Source of the DNA: an uncultured Bacteroidota bacterium
GTDB lineage: Bacteria > Bacteroidota > Ignavibacteria > UBA10030
Length of the DNA: 64,000 bases
Assembly (NCBI GenBank): GCA_963739335.1
Contig: CAVUAC010000088.1
Span: forward strand, 4,988 to 68,987
Direction of reading: 5' to 3'
Numbering within the stretch: position 1 is the first letter of the stretch; each line of letters starts with the position of its first letter. The position numbers and the translations under genes were made by a program. This document shows positions 53,103 to 62,791 of this stretch, piece by piece. The notes under the pieces were generated by a model. It was not told where the DNA came from. It saw only the letters and a program-made list of their open reading frames with translations, and did not search any database.

Positions 53103-53551
53103 TCTCCACCTCCTCCGTTGGCGCTCACGTGTGCACGGAAGTCCACAGCGGTGGATTGCCCGCTCAGTTCAAATCCCGTTTCGACGTCAACCTCGTAGGA
53201 AGACCACATTGTCAAACCGGGAAGGATGGTCTGTTCGCGTGCTGAGCCATCAGTTCTAGCTCGGCACGAGTGACCACCCTGGCAGTCCCTCTACAAACAA
53301 AGCAATTCGCGCGGAGAAAAGCAATACGCTGTGCAACTTAGCCCGAGCTGTCTCTTCCTACTAATAAGAAGCAATAGCCAACCAATGACAGAAGCATCGA
53401 AAGCGGCCGCCTCACAAATGGGGAACGGACGATGGTCTTGACTTCAGACCTTTCGTTTTGTTTCTTGAACGCCGGGTCGTTCCCCCCGGCTCCATGCGGT
53501 GTCACCGCGCGCTCTTGGCCGAAACGACCCATAGATCAAAAGCAGATACTA

Positions 53552-56068
53552 ATGAGAACCAGCCCTCTCCTCGCTCTTCTGCTGTCTACTGCAGCACAGC
53601 TTCTTGCGCAGCAGTACAAAGGAGATGTTTCGGGATCCGTCATCGACGGCAGGACCACAGAACCCCTCCCCTCTGCCAACCTTCAGGTCGTTGAGCTTCC
53701 GAACTTCGGGACCACCAGCGATACAGCAGGTCACTTCATCATCAAAGGTCTGCCTGTCGGAACCTACAGAGTGAGAGCGACCATGATTGGCTACGAAGAA
53801 GCGATCCTGACAAACGTCGTCGTTTCAACCGGGCGCAGCACGAAGGTTTCTTTCAAGTTGTATGAACGAGCCGTTGAGCTCAGCGGTGTGACCGTGCAGG
53901 CAAACTACTTCGGTCGCAGCAACGAAGTCAGTCCGCTGAGCATGAACAGCTATGACCGCGCCGAAGTCAAGCGCCAGCCAGGCTCAGCGATGGACGTGCA
54001 ACGCGTGATTCAGAATCTCCCCGGCGTCGCAAGCTCAACGGACAACATGAACGAGCTCATCGTCCGCGGCGGCGCGCCCTATGAAAACCTGACTGTCATG
54101 GAGGACATGGAAATTCCCTCCATCAACCATTATCCCAATCAGTTCAACTCCGCCGGCCCGATAAACATGGTGAACATCGACCTTGTGGAAGATGTGCAGT
54201 TTTCATCCGGGGGATTTCCAGCACAGTACGGTGACAAGATGTCGTCAGTGATGGATATTACGATTCGTGAAGGCGACCAGAACAAGGCATTTGCCTCGAA
54301 CTCGGGATTCAACATCGCAGGGATCGGCACGCTCATGGAAGGAAGGATTGCAGGCGGCCGAGGATCGTGGATCCTCTCGGCGCGACAGAGCCTGCTCGAA
54401 GTTGTCGACAAACTTGTGGGCATGTCCGCTCTTTCGCTCACCGTGATCCCAAAATACTGGGATACTCAGACAAAGATCGTCTATGATTTGACACCAGCGC
54501 ACAAGCTCACGTTTAACAGCTTGTTCGGGGACAGTCGAATTTTTATCGAGGGTGATCCGAAGAAAACGGATGTCGTGCGGGCAGGCAAGATCGATTCCTC
54601 AGCCGTTGAGGATATCAATGCGCACAGTCGGCAGTACGCGATGGGGTTGAACCTGAAAAGCCTTTGGGGAAAAGAAGGCTACTCCGTGGTCTCGCTGTAT
54701 GCGGCGGGCAATATGTACAATCAGACCATGCTCGAGAATTTCACCCGGCGAGTTCACGGGAGCTCAGGTGAGGTGCTCGATTATGTCAGGCTCAGCACAA
54801 GCGAGCGATTGAATAACAATTCCAATGAGGAATATGTCGCCGCGCGCTTTGATGCGTTCTACCAGATTCATCCACAGCACGGCATCTCATTTGGGGCACA
54901 AATTCAGACTTCCAGTCGCTGGAAGGATGAAGCGCGCGTGTACGCTGATACAACGCGGTACTATGTTCCCCAGATGCGCGCGTGGACAGCACCGGTGACG
55001 CTCGGCAACGGCACCCTTGGGACCGATCAGGGATTTGGGGATGCCAGCAAGCTGTACGCATATATGTCTGACAATTACCGCATCCTCTCAAGGTTGAACC
55101 TCACACTTGGATTGCGATACGACTATTTCACATACTCAGCACAGGGACAAGTCAGCCCCCGCGGAAGTCTTACGTACGAACTCCTTCCCCCAACGACGAC
55201 GATCTCGCTCGCAGCCGGCGAGTACTGGCAAACGCAGCCTTTTCCCTTCTATGGAGATCGCCACAACATCGGGTACAACAAGAACCTGCCGGATTCAAAG
55301 GCTACCCATGCGGTTCTGAGCCTTCAGCATATCCTCGACGATGGTATCAAGCTGAGCCTCGAGGCATACTACAAGCGGTTCCGAAACGCTGTGGTGGGGG
55401 AACAGTTCATCTATTCCTCCATCGACACATTCCGCTCTGACCGCAACCTTGGGATCGGCCAGCGAAGATCGTACGGAGTCGAGCTCTTCATCCAGAAGAA
55501 ACAGGTGACAAGCTACTACGGCACGCTGAGCATATCGCTATCGAAAACTGAGGAGTTCGATCCGCGCATTCCCAAGCAGGTTGAAACGTATCCATCGCAA
55601 TACGATTATCCTGTCATCATCAATGCAGTCTCCGGTCTCGTGGTGAAGGAGGCCCGCTCGTGGCTCAATTCAACGCCGTTCTTCATCAAGTACCCTTTGT
55701 ATATTCTCCCGATTTCCGATGAGATGGAGATCAGCTTCCGCTATCGGTATCAGACTGGCGGACCGTACACGCCACGCGACTTTACACCGTACATTCAGAA
55801 ACGAGAAGGCGGCGTGCGATGGTCCGCAGGCGCCTGGGAAACATCTCAACGGATTAACTCCGAGCGATTCCCGGACTACAGCCGCCTCGACCTTCAGTGG
55901 ATCAGCCGCTTCTACCTGCAGGCCTGGAACATCAACGTCTACATCGCGCTGCAAAACGTTTTCAATAGGAAGAACGTGTTTTACTATGTCTATCGGAGTG
56001 ATGGGACGCGGGAGACTGTTTACCAGTTCAGTTTCTTTCCTGTCGGAGGAATTGAGATTGAGTTTTGA
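53552..56068 (+). CDS. TonB-dependent receptor with N-terminal carboxypeptidase-regulatory-like domain
   Basis: G.V.D..T.EPLP, GTY.VRA..IGY, LPGV, IVRGG, GGFPAQYG, GLRYD, NVFN, C-terminal F. Confidence 0.92.
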   Translation: MRTSPLLALLLSTAAQLLAQQYKGDVSGSVIDGRTTEPLPSANLQVVELPNFGTTSDTAGHFIIKGLPVGTYRVRATMIGYEEAILTNVVVSTGRSTKVSFKLYERAVELSGVTVQANYFGRSNEVSPLSMNSYDRAEVKRQPGSAMDVQRVIQNLPGVASSTDNMNELIVRGGAPYENLTVMEDMEIPSINHYPNQFNSAGPINMVNIDLVEDVQFSSGGFPAQYGDKMSSVMDITIREGDQNKAFASNSGFNIAGIGTLMEGRIAGGRGSWILSARQSLLEVVDKLVGMSALSLTVIPKYWDTQTKIVYDLTPAHKLTFNSLFGDSRIFIEGDPKKTDVVRAGKIDSSAVEDINAHSRQYAMGLNLKSLWGKEGYSVVSLYAAGNMYNQTMLENFTRRVHGSSGEVLDYVRLSTSERLNNNSNEEYVAARFDAFYQIHPQHGISFGAQIQTSSRWKDEARVYADTTRYYVPQMRAWTAPVTLGNGTLGTDQGFGDASKLYAYMSDNYRILSRLNLTLGLRYDYFTYSAQGQVSPRGSLTYELLPPTTTISLAAGEYWQTQPFPFYGDRHNIGYNKNLPDSKATHAVLSLQHILDDGIKLSLEAYYKRFRNAVVGEQFIYSSIDTFRSDRNLGIGQRRSYGVELFIQKKQVTSYYGTLSISLSKTEEFDPRIPKQVETYPSQYDYPVIINAVSGLVVKEARSWLNSTPFFIKYPLYILPISDEMEISFRYRYQTGGPYTPRDFTPYIQKREGGVRWSAGAWETSQRINSERFPDYSRLDLQWISRFYLQAWNINVYIALQNVFNRKNVFYYVYRSDGTRETVYQFSFFPVGGIEIEF

Positions 56069-56150
56069 TGTGAAGTCTTCCCTGGCCTCACCTGGTTCAC
56101 GGAAGCTCGAGGATCGGATCAACTGTAACTCATGACCACAGAAAGAGGCA

Positions 56151-56456
56151 ATGGCAATGACGAAAGACGAACGCTACAGCAGGAAGATATCATCCGAAGA
56201 GGCCAAGAAAGGATATATCTTTGTTCTCAGAGACAAGCTCTCATTTTTCCCTCCCCGTGGCAAGCCGTTCGACCTTTGCATGGACGATGTGGAGAAAAGG
56301 GTCGCAGTGGAATCATACGATTGCACATGTCGTGGTCCGGACTTGCCGCATGAGCACTATTTCATACGATGGGAACGACTGAGATTCGGTGACAAGATCT
56401 CAATCAAGAAGGATGAAAAGGCAGCACAAAGGTACCACTTGTCCATACATCGGTAA
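56151..56456 (+). CDS. Small hypothetical protein with CxC..HxH motif
   Basis: GAGG RBS; DCTCRGPDLPHEHYF. Confidence 0.7.
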   Translation: MAMTKDERYSRKISSEEAKKGYIFVLRDKLSFFPPRGKPFDLCMDDVEKRVAVESYDCTCRGPDLPHEHYFIRWERLRFGDKISIKKDEKAAQRYHLSIHR

Positions 56457-56579
56457 GCAATCGTTGCGGTTGGGAAGACCTTCAGCAGCTTCAACATCGA
56501 AAACAGATGCTGATCTATGTATGAAGATCACGATCGTCTGAAAAGCCCATGTCGAATAGAATGAAGAGAGAGGAAACGA

Positions 56580-56943
56580 ATGGCAACGCACATTCTGCGA
56601 CCAACAAAAGTTGAAGCCGCTGGAACTCCGCCAAAATCGATCGAAGAATTCATCGGCAGGGTGAACACGCGAACCGAAGTTCTCAGCATCGCCAGGATGA
56701 TCAGCCCTTCGGGTTGGAAGGAGCCCGGGCAGACTCCGGAGTTCGATGAGTCCACAGTGGTGCTCAAAGGAACACTGCACGTTCAGCTTCGTGATCGGGA
56801 AATCGATGTCGCCGCCGGCCAGGCTGTCGTTGTCCAGGCTGGTGAATGGGTGCAGGTACAGCACGCCTTCTGCAGAGGGAGCTGAATACATCGCCGTATG
56901 TCACCCGGCCTTCTCACCTTCCATTGTGCACCGAGAAACGTAG
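56580..56943 (+). CDS. Cupin domain protein; frameshift near 56855
   Basis: PPK.IEEFIGRVN, SPSGW.EPGQTPEFDE, GEWV|YSTP..GAEYIAVC.PAFSP. Confidence 0.85.
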
Positions 56944-57043
56944 AGCATGAGAGCATTGACAGCTGTGTCAGTCAATGAAACGACGCGGCACTTAATTTCT
57001 GAACCATAGAATTGCCATCACCAACGATGGAGCGTGGATTGAA

Positions 57044-57712
57044 ATGAATTCCTATAAATTTACCGAGCAGGATATTCTTGCTCTTGCAAAGAAAGCCTAC
57101 GAGCAGGGAGATGCCGCTTTTGAGATCACCGCAGACAAGTGTGCTTTGCTGGTGATTGATATGCAGGACGAATTCGTGAAACCTGGCTGGACAGCATTCT
57201 GGGTGCCGGAAGCGACATGGCAGATTCCACGCGTCAAGTCATTGATAGAGTTCTGCAGGGAGAAGAAGATTCCGGTTATATTCACAGCATTTGCTCACAC
57301 CCATCGCTACCTTGATCGTCCGAGGACAGGGCCGTTCATGCCGAATCGATATGCGGAACTGCCCATGGAAGATGCCGGCTGGTTTCAGGAAGGAAGGATC
57401 TGGCACGAAATCACTCCGCTGAAGAACGAAATCGTCATTCACAAACCATCGTACGGCGCCTTCTACGATACCCCGCTGGAATCGATCCTCAAGAACCTTG
57501 ATAAGGATACGGTGATAATTTGTGGCACGCTGACAAACTTCTGTTGCGGAACAACCGCGCGGCAAGCATATGAGCGAGGATTCAAAGTGATCTTCGGAAG
57601 CGATGTCACGTCGACAGATGATCCGGCTATGCAGGAACCAGAACTCAAAGTACTAAGAAAAGGATTCGCGAAAGTCTTGTCTCTCGCGGAAATCCTTGAG
57701 GCTGTGCGATGA
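57044..57712 (+). CDS. Isochorismatase-family cysteine hydrolase
   Basis: LLVIDMQ, K..YGAF, GTLTNFCC..TAR (D-K-C triad). Confidence 0.9.
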   Translation: MNSYKFTEQDILALAKKAYEQGDAAFEITADKCALLVIDMQDEFVKPGWTAFWVPEATWQIPRVKSLIEFCREKKIPVIFTAFAHTHRYLDRPRTGPFMPNRYAELPMEDAGWFQEGRIWHEITPLKNEIVIHKPSYGAFYDTPLESILKNLDKDTVIICGTLTNFCCGTTARQAYERGFKVIFGSDVTSTDDPAMQEPELKVLRKGFAKVLSLAEILEAVR

Positions 57713-57881
57713 GAACGTTGCCATTTCTGCCACAACTTCCTCGTCGCTGTCGGGTCTGCGCTCCTGACATACGACCAAAAAGGTTGTGGAAAGAGAAACT
57801 CTCGACAAGGCGGAACCGTAACTAAGGGTGGTCATTTCTACAAAGGCTGTCGATACTGCAAAAACAAACACGGGAGCTGTT

Positions 57882-58562
57882 ATGAAACGTCAATTCTTGC
57901 AGCATTTCGGGGTCATTGCCGCCCTCCTCTTGGGTGTGCTCGCCTCGGGCTGCCACGATCAGCTTACAAATCCCGAACAGATCGTCGGGTCGGGCATCCT
58001 TGTGTTGCAGCCTAGGAGTGTCGCGGCGTTCTCGGGCATCCAGGTGAAAGGGATCGCGAAGGTGGTTATCAAACAGGACACGGTTCAATCATTGCGCATC
58101 GAGGCGGATGACAACATCGTGGACCTCGTCATGACAACGGTCGCTAACGGCCTGCTCGTCGTCGGTCTGCAGCCGGGTTCCTACAGCAATGTGACGATCA
58201 ATGTGTACGCCTCAATGAAGAACATCGATCGGCTCGAGTCGATGGGTACCGCAGAATTTCTCACGACTGGCCCAATACATACTGACGCCATCACCTGCAG
58301 GATCACGGGCGTCGGGAAAATTACTCTTGCAGGCACTGCGACGAATCAGACGATTGAGGTAACCGGCACCGGCGACGTGCACAATTTCGATTTCGTCTCG
58401 ACGCGATGCTGGGCACTCATCTCGGGCGTGGGTACGCTTGAAGTTCATGCAACCCAGCAACTGGATGCAGTTGTTTCGGGAGCCGGCACCATCGTGTTTG
58501 CGGGAAATCCACCTGTTGTTCATCAAACCGTCAGCGGCATTGGCAGCATAAAACCCAGGTGA
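57882..58562 (+). CDS. GIN (DUF2807-like) domain lipoprotein
   Basis: Lipobox ASGC, GSG, repeated SG.G.I, GNP. Confidence 0.85.
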   Translation: MKRQFLQHFGVIAALLLGVLASGCHDQLTNPEQIVGSGILVLQPRSVAAFSGIQVKGIAKVVIKQDTVQSLRIEADDNIVDLVMTTVANGLLVVGLQPGSYSNVTINVYASMKNIDRLESMGTAEFLTTGPIHTDAITCRITGVGKITLAGTATNQTIEVTGTGDVHNFDFVSTRCWALISGVGTLEVHATQQLDAVVSGAGTIVFAGNPPVVHQTVSGIGSIKPR

Positions 58563-58644
58563 AGTAAAGCGCCGACGCACGACGACATTGAATGGCCGAT
58601 AGCCGACAACCAACAATTCTATTAACCACAGAACCGGCGAAGTC

Positions 58645-59202
58645 ATGAGCGAGAGAGTTTGTCCATGGTGGTTGGGGTATCTTCTGGCGACTCCCATCAG
58701 GAAGTTCGCGCAAGATCCCGAGAAGATACTCTCACCATACATCAAAGATGGAGACTTGGCTCTCGATGTTGGCAGTGCGATGGGATTTTTCAGTCTACCA
58801 ATGGCCCGGTTGGTTGGTGACAGCGGCCACGTGATTTGCGTCGACCTTCAGGAGAAGATGATCCGTGGACTCAGGAATCGAGCGCGCAGAGCCGGGCTGA
58901 CGAACAGGATGGAAATGCGCGTCTGCACCCCTACCTCCCTCTGCATCGACGACCTGGGTGGGAGAGTCGATTTCGCGTTGGCGTTTGCAGTGGTCCACGA
59001 AGTCCCGGACGCCAAGAGGTTTCTTTCTGAGATTCGCGCGGCATTGAAACAAGACGGCATCCTTCTGTTCTCAGAGCCCACAGACCATGTGGCCAGGGAG
59101 GCGTTCAACGAGACCCTCTCCGTTGCTCGAGACATAGGATTTCGTGCTGAGGACACACCGGCGATACGAATGAGTCACACTGCCTTGTTGATAAAGGAGT
59201 AG
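58645..59202 (+). CDS. Class I SAM-dependent methyltransferase
   Basis: VCPWW, LDVGSAMGFF, VDLQ, VVHEVPD. Confidence 0.88.
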   Translation: MSERVCPWWLGYLLATPIRKFAQDPEKILSPYIKDGDLALDVGSAMGFFSLPMARLVGDSGHVICVDLQEKMIRGLRNRARRAGLTNRMEMRVCTPTSLCIDDLGGRVDFALAFAVVHEVPDAKRFLSEIRAALKQDGILLFSEPTDHVAREAFNETLSVARDIGFRAEDTPAIRMSHTALLIKE

Positions 59203-59314
59203 GATTGCGGGCGGAGAAGTTTCCCGTTTGATAGCCAACGTGATGCGATGCTCAGATGTCGAAGATAATGACCTGAGCGAGGCAACCGATTGCCCAACAC
59301 AGGCAGGCCCAACC

Positions 59315-59950
59315 TCATTTCAGCAGCAGCATCCGTTTGTGCGCAACCTGCTTCACGCCGTGCTCGTCCGTGGCAATCAGCTGATAGACATAAACGCCGC
59401 TCGCACACCGCGTCGCATCCCACACTTCTTGATGATAGCCTGCGAGCCGATCTCCATCTACTACCGAAGCCACCTCTTGACCTAGCAAATTGAATATCTT
59501 CAAGCTCACCTGGCTGTTGGCTGTCAACTGATAGCTGATCGTCGTCGCAGGATTGAACGGGTTAGGATAGTTCTGATACACCTCAAACTTCTCCGGTGCA
59601 GCAACGGCAACCGTGATCTCTTTCGAGCAGGACTCGCCTGTAGCGCCGGAGATGACAAACTTCAGCGTCTGGCTCTTCTTCACCGGAGCCGTCTTATCGA
59701 CCGAGAACGTGAACGTCGCAGGCTGCTCTTGCTGTGACTTGATCAGCGCAATGCGTTGCTCTGTCACAGCAAACTTCAGCCACGAGGGCAGGTTGGTCAC
59801 TTCCACCTTAACGCTTGCTATCGGGATTGTTGCCGTGTTTGCCACCGCAAGCTCGATCGTGTTGCCCGACGATGCAAACGGAAGCTGATAAACTGTTTGC
59901 CCCACGGCGACCGCGGCGCTTATCATCATCAATGCAACGAGTGTTCTCAT
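59315..59950 (-). CDS. Small T9SS cargo: signal peptide + one Ig-like domain + type A CTD
   Basis: QNYPNPFNPATTI.Y.L..LKIFNLLGQEV..SGVYVY..KRMLLLK; GGGAG RBS before ATG 59950. Confidence 0.88.
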   Translation of the reverse strand: MRTLVALMMISAAVAVGQTVYQLPFASSGNTIELAVANTATIPIASVKVEVTNLPSWLKFAVTEQRIALIKSQQEQPATFTFSVDKTAPVKKSQTLKFVISGATGESCSKEITVAVAAPEKFEVYQNYPNPFNPATTISYQLTANSQVSLKIFNLLGQEVASVVDGDRLAGYHQEVWDATRCASGVYVYQLIATDEHGVKQVAHKRMLLLK

Positions 59951-59962
59951 TGCGCGACTCCC

Positions 59963-60305
59963 TTCATGATTCGAAATTCCTTGTTCAATATTGGACATTC
60001 ACACCTGACGGATAAACTCCTCGCACCAAAAAGAGAGCAAGACACCCTGAGCGCCTGCCCGCCTTAGTAGTTCTTCCAACGCAGGCGGGGAACTCCAGCG
60101 CTCCCTTTGCGCGCAGTCGAAGGGTGCTATGAGCCCTCTCGGCTGGCTAAGTTCCGTCTCCGCCTCCGCCTTTTGTCTGCAAGCTGCAATCTGCAATCTG
60201 CCCCCTGTGTTCCTCTCCCCGTCTTCCATCTACCGTCTTACGTTTTTCTTCTCCCCTCTTCCATTTCCCATCTTCCATCTACCGTCTTCCGTCTCACGTC
60301 TAACT
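59963..60305. repeat. Intergenic cluster of degenerate heptamer tandem repeats and nested palindromic elements
   Basis: TTC-N4-type units 59963-60000, CTGCAA(G/T) x3 60177-60197, TCT-N4-type x8 60250-60305, CACCCT..AGGGTG 60043-60126. Confidence 0.8.
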
Positions 60306-60309
60306 CTCT

Positions 60310-62781
60310 TTACTGCACACTGAACTCCACCAGCGCATTCGTGCCAATGTTCTGCACCTTATCCTGCTGCGTCGTGCCCAGGTTCATCCTAAACGTCATA
60401 TTCGCCGGCAGCAGCTCCTTCGTCACCTCACCATTCGTCGTTGTGCCGATCTGTCGCCACGACGAGAAATAGTAGCTTATCAGTGCACCATCAACCGGCT
60501 GGCTCTGCGAGTTTCTCACCCTCACTGTGCACAACACCGTTGTGAAATCAACCGTGCTGTTCGTCGAGATATCCTGCACCTTATCGTTCGTGACGGTCTC
60601 GTAGCTCATCCTGAATGTGTAACTACCCGGCAACAGTTCTATCGCCGCAACCCCGTTTGTCGTTGCTCCAAGACTCTTCCAGGAGCTAAAGTAATACTGC
60701 ACCGTTCCCTGGTCGATGAATGCTCCCAAGCTGTTCTTCAACTGCACAATTGCATTCACCGTGTTAAACACAACGGTGGGATTCGTGCCAACGTTTTGCT
60801 GCTTATCCTTAGTGGCAGATGCGTATGACATCCTGAATGTGTAGTTGGCAGGGAGCAGCTCTTTTGTCGCCACACCGTTCGTGGTCGTTCCAAAGTTCTG
60901 CCATGAGCTAAAGTAGTACTGCACCGTCCCAGTGTCTATCAATGCACCCTGACTGTTCTGGAGCTGGACCGCAGCATTGACGGTCTGGAAGGCCACAGTT
61001 GGATTGCTGCCTATGTTCTGCTGCTTGTCATTGGTTGCAGAAGCATATGCCATTCTGAACGTATAGTTGCCCGGCAGCAGCTCTTTCGTTGCCACGCCAT
61101 TCGTGGTTGTTCCAAGGCTTTGCCAGGAGCTGAAGTAGTACTGGACAGTTCCCTGGTCAATGAACTCACCCAAGCTGTTCTTCAACTGCACCGTTGCATT
61201 CACCGTTGTAAACACAACCGTTGGATTTGTGCCTATGTTCTGCTGCTTATCGTTTGTTGCAGAAGCATACGTCATCCTAAATGTGTAATTGCCCGGCAGC
61301 AGCTCTTTCGACGCTACGCCGTTTGAGGTTGTCCCGAGATTCTGCCAGGAACTGAAGTAATACTGGACGCTCCCTTGATCGATGAAATCCCCCTGACTGT
61401 TCTTCAACTGCACGGCGGCATTCACTGTCGTGAACACAACCGTGGGATCTACACCTATGTCCTGCTGCTTATCATTTGTGGCAGCTGCGTATATCATTCT
61501 GAAAGTATAGTTCCCAGGCAACAGTTCTTTTGTGGCAACGCCGTTTGTTGTGGCTCCAAAGTCTTTCCACGCGCTGAAGTAGTATTGCACGGTCCCTATG
61601 TCTACGGGGCTACCCGCACTGTTTTGCAGCTTCACCAGTGTGTTGATTGTTTGAAACACTACCGGCTCCGTTCCGACGGTCACATTTGATTTCGTCTGTG
61701 AGCCCCCTTCGTATGTCATTCGCAGGCTCAACGTCTGGAGGCTGGTCGCGATGCTGAACGTGCCGTCGTTGTTGTTCACGGCGTCCTTCCAGCTACTATC
61801 ATAGTATTGCAGCGCGCCGCCGGTGAGGTTGATCCCAGCGCTGTTGATGAGCTTGACAACTAGACCGGGCGGTGGCGCAACCGGCAATTGTCCTAACAAA
61901 TACTCCGTGTTGTAGCGGATGAGGGCATAGGCTTCAGTTGTCAGATTGCTTGTGCTGTCGACATTGACATCTTGCAGGACCGTCTGGAGTGTGGCTCGTG
62001 CACCCGCAGTATTGTTCACTTGTAGTTGTGACTTCGCTGATGCGAAGTAGCCGATATACTTGTTTGCAACAACCTGCATTGTGATCCAAGCCTGCGAACC
62101 GGATTCGGTAACGTACAACAGCAAGCTGTCAAGCCAATCGGAAGCATTAAAACTCATCGGCGGTGCTGCTGGGCCAACGGTCCAGCCAGAGAATTTCACA
62201 GCATTTTGAATTGAATCGGTATTGGGTATATCATCCTCGTTCGGGAATCGTTCTTCCGAGAACAGGCTGTCAAAATCAAAAAATGGCGACACAACGCAGC
62301 GCCGGATTGCAGGTAGACCCTTGCTCATCATTTCATATACTTTTGAACTTTTCCCCGGATGAATCGCGTCATCACCTACTCCGCCAAAACAAGCTGTCAG
62401 ATCATATGAAAGATCCGCTGTCCATGTTCGGCCAGGTGTCTTCAAGAAGCCCACAGGCACAATTCTTCCTTTCAGTTGCGGAAAAGTCCGTCTGAAGCTT
62501 GCTTCCGTATAGCCATTATTGATGAACCTCAAACCAACTGTATCGATGTCAAGACTTGCCGACTGTTTTGATATATCTATTGCTAATTCGGCTATGCTGC
62601 CTGTATTTGCAGCATCATTTGTTAACGTGTAAGTATAGTAGAACATCTTCTCATCGGTATTGTACATGATACTCGAATGGATTCGAACGGCAAGTAGGCT
62701 TGGGTATTGCAGGTTTTGCGCGAAGGCAAATGCTATCAATACCAGATCCAAAAGCACAGCAACAACGACTTTTTTCTTCAT
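60310..62781 (-). CDS. Secreted protein: N-terminal beta domain, helical (FIMAH-like) segment, 7 tandem ~74-aa repeats
   Basis: Signal peptide MKKKVVVAV..AFA; helical W.T..LTTEAYALIRYNTEYLL segment; repeats QYYFSSW..ELLPGNYTFRM.Y. Confidence 0.85.
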   Translation of the reverse strand: MKKKVVVAVLLDLVLIAFAFAQNLQYPSLLAVRIHSSIMYNTDEKMFYYTYTLTNDAANTGSIAELAIDISKQSASLDIDTVGLRFINNGYTEASFRRTFPQLKGRIVPVGFLKTPGRTWTADLSYDLTACFGGVGDDAIHPGKSSKVYEMMSKGLPAIRRCVVSPFFDFDSLFSEERFPNEDDIPNTDSIQNAVKFSGWTVGPAAPPMSFNASDWLDSLLLYVTESGSQAWITMQVVANKYIGYFASAKSQLQVNNTAGARATLQTVLQDVNVDSTSNLTTEAYALIRYNTEYLLGQLPVAPPPGLVVKLINSAGINLTGGALQYYDSSWKDAVNNNDGTFSIATSLQTLSLRMTYEGGSQTKSNVTVGTEPVVFQTINTLVKLQNSAGSPVDIGTVQYYFSAWKDFGATTNGVATKELLPGNYTFRMIYAAATNDKQQDIGVDPTVVFTTVNAAVQLKNSQGDFIDQGSVQYYFSSWQNLGTTSNGVASKELLPGNYTFRMTYASATNDKQQNIGTNPTVVFTTVNATVQLKNSLGEFIDQGTVQYYFSSWQSLGTTTNGVATKELLPGNYTFRMAYASATNDKQQNIGSNPTVAFQTVNAAVQLQNSQGALIDTGTVQYYFSSWQNFGTTTNGVATKELLPANYTFRMSYASATKDKQQNVGTNPTVVFNTVNAIVQLKNSLGAFIDQGTVQYYFSSWKSLGATTNGVAAIELLPGSYTFRMSYETVTNDKVQDISTNSTVDFTTVLCTVRVRNSQSQPVDGALISYYFSSWRQIGTTTNGEVTKELLPANMTFRMNLGTTQQDKVQNIGTNALVEFSVQ
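60313..61863 (-). repeat. Intragenic tandem repeat, 7 units of about 222 bp (74 aa)
   Basis: TVN..VQL.NS.G..ID.G.VQYYFSSW...G.T.NGVA.KELLP..YTFRM.Y...T.DK.Q.IG.NPTV.F; first unit divergent. Confidence 0.92.
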
Positions 62782-62791
62782 GTTGGTTGCC

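Noticed and set aside
53100-53430. c-di-GMP-I or cobalamin riboswitch upstream of the TonB receptor or small gene
   Set aside because: Only fragmentary GAAA/GGCAA matches; conserved cores not found in the right order
56100-59250. Integron cassette array (run of small unrelated co-directional genes; attC-like 60-bp hairpin CCACAAC..GTTGTGG at 57730-57789)
   Set aside because: Only one such hairpin, it deviates from RYYYAAC/GTTRRRY, the other gaps lack it, and no intI is in the window
60107-60472. Low-complexity ORFs (LPSSISHLPS..) over the heptamer tract
   Set aside because: Translation by-products of 7-nt repeats, partly antisense to a real gene
60313-61863. CRISPR array or DGR template/variable repeats
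   Set aside because: Repeats are in-frame 222-bp coding units without spacers; differences look synonymous rather than adenine-specific; no cas or RT gene
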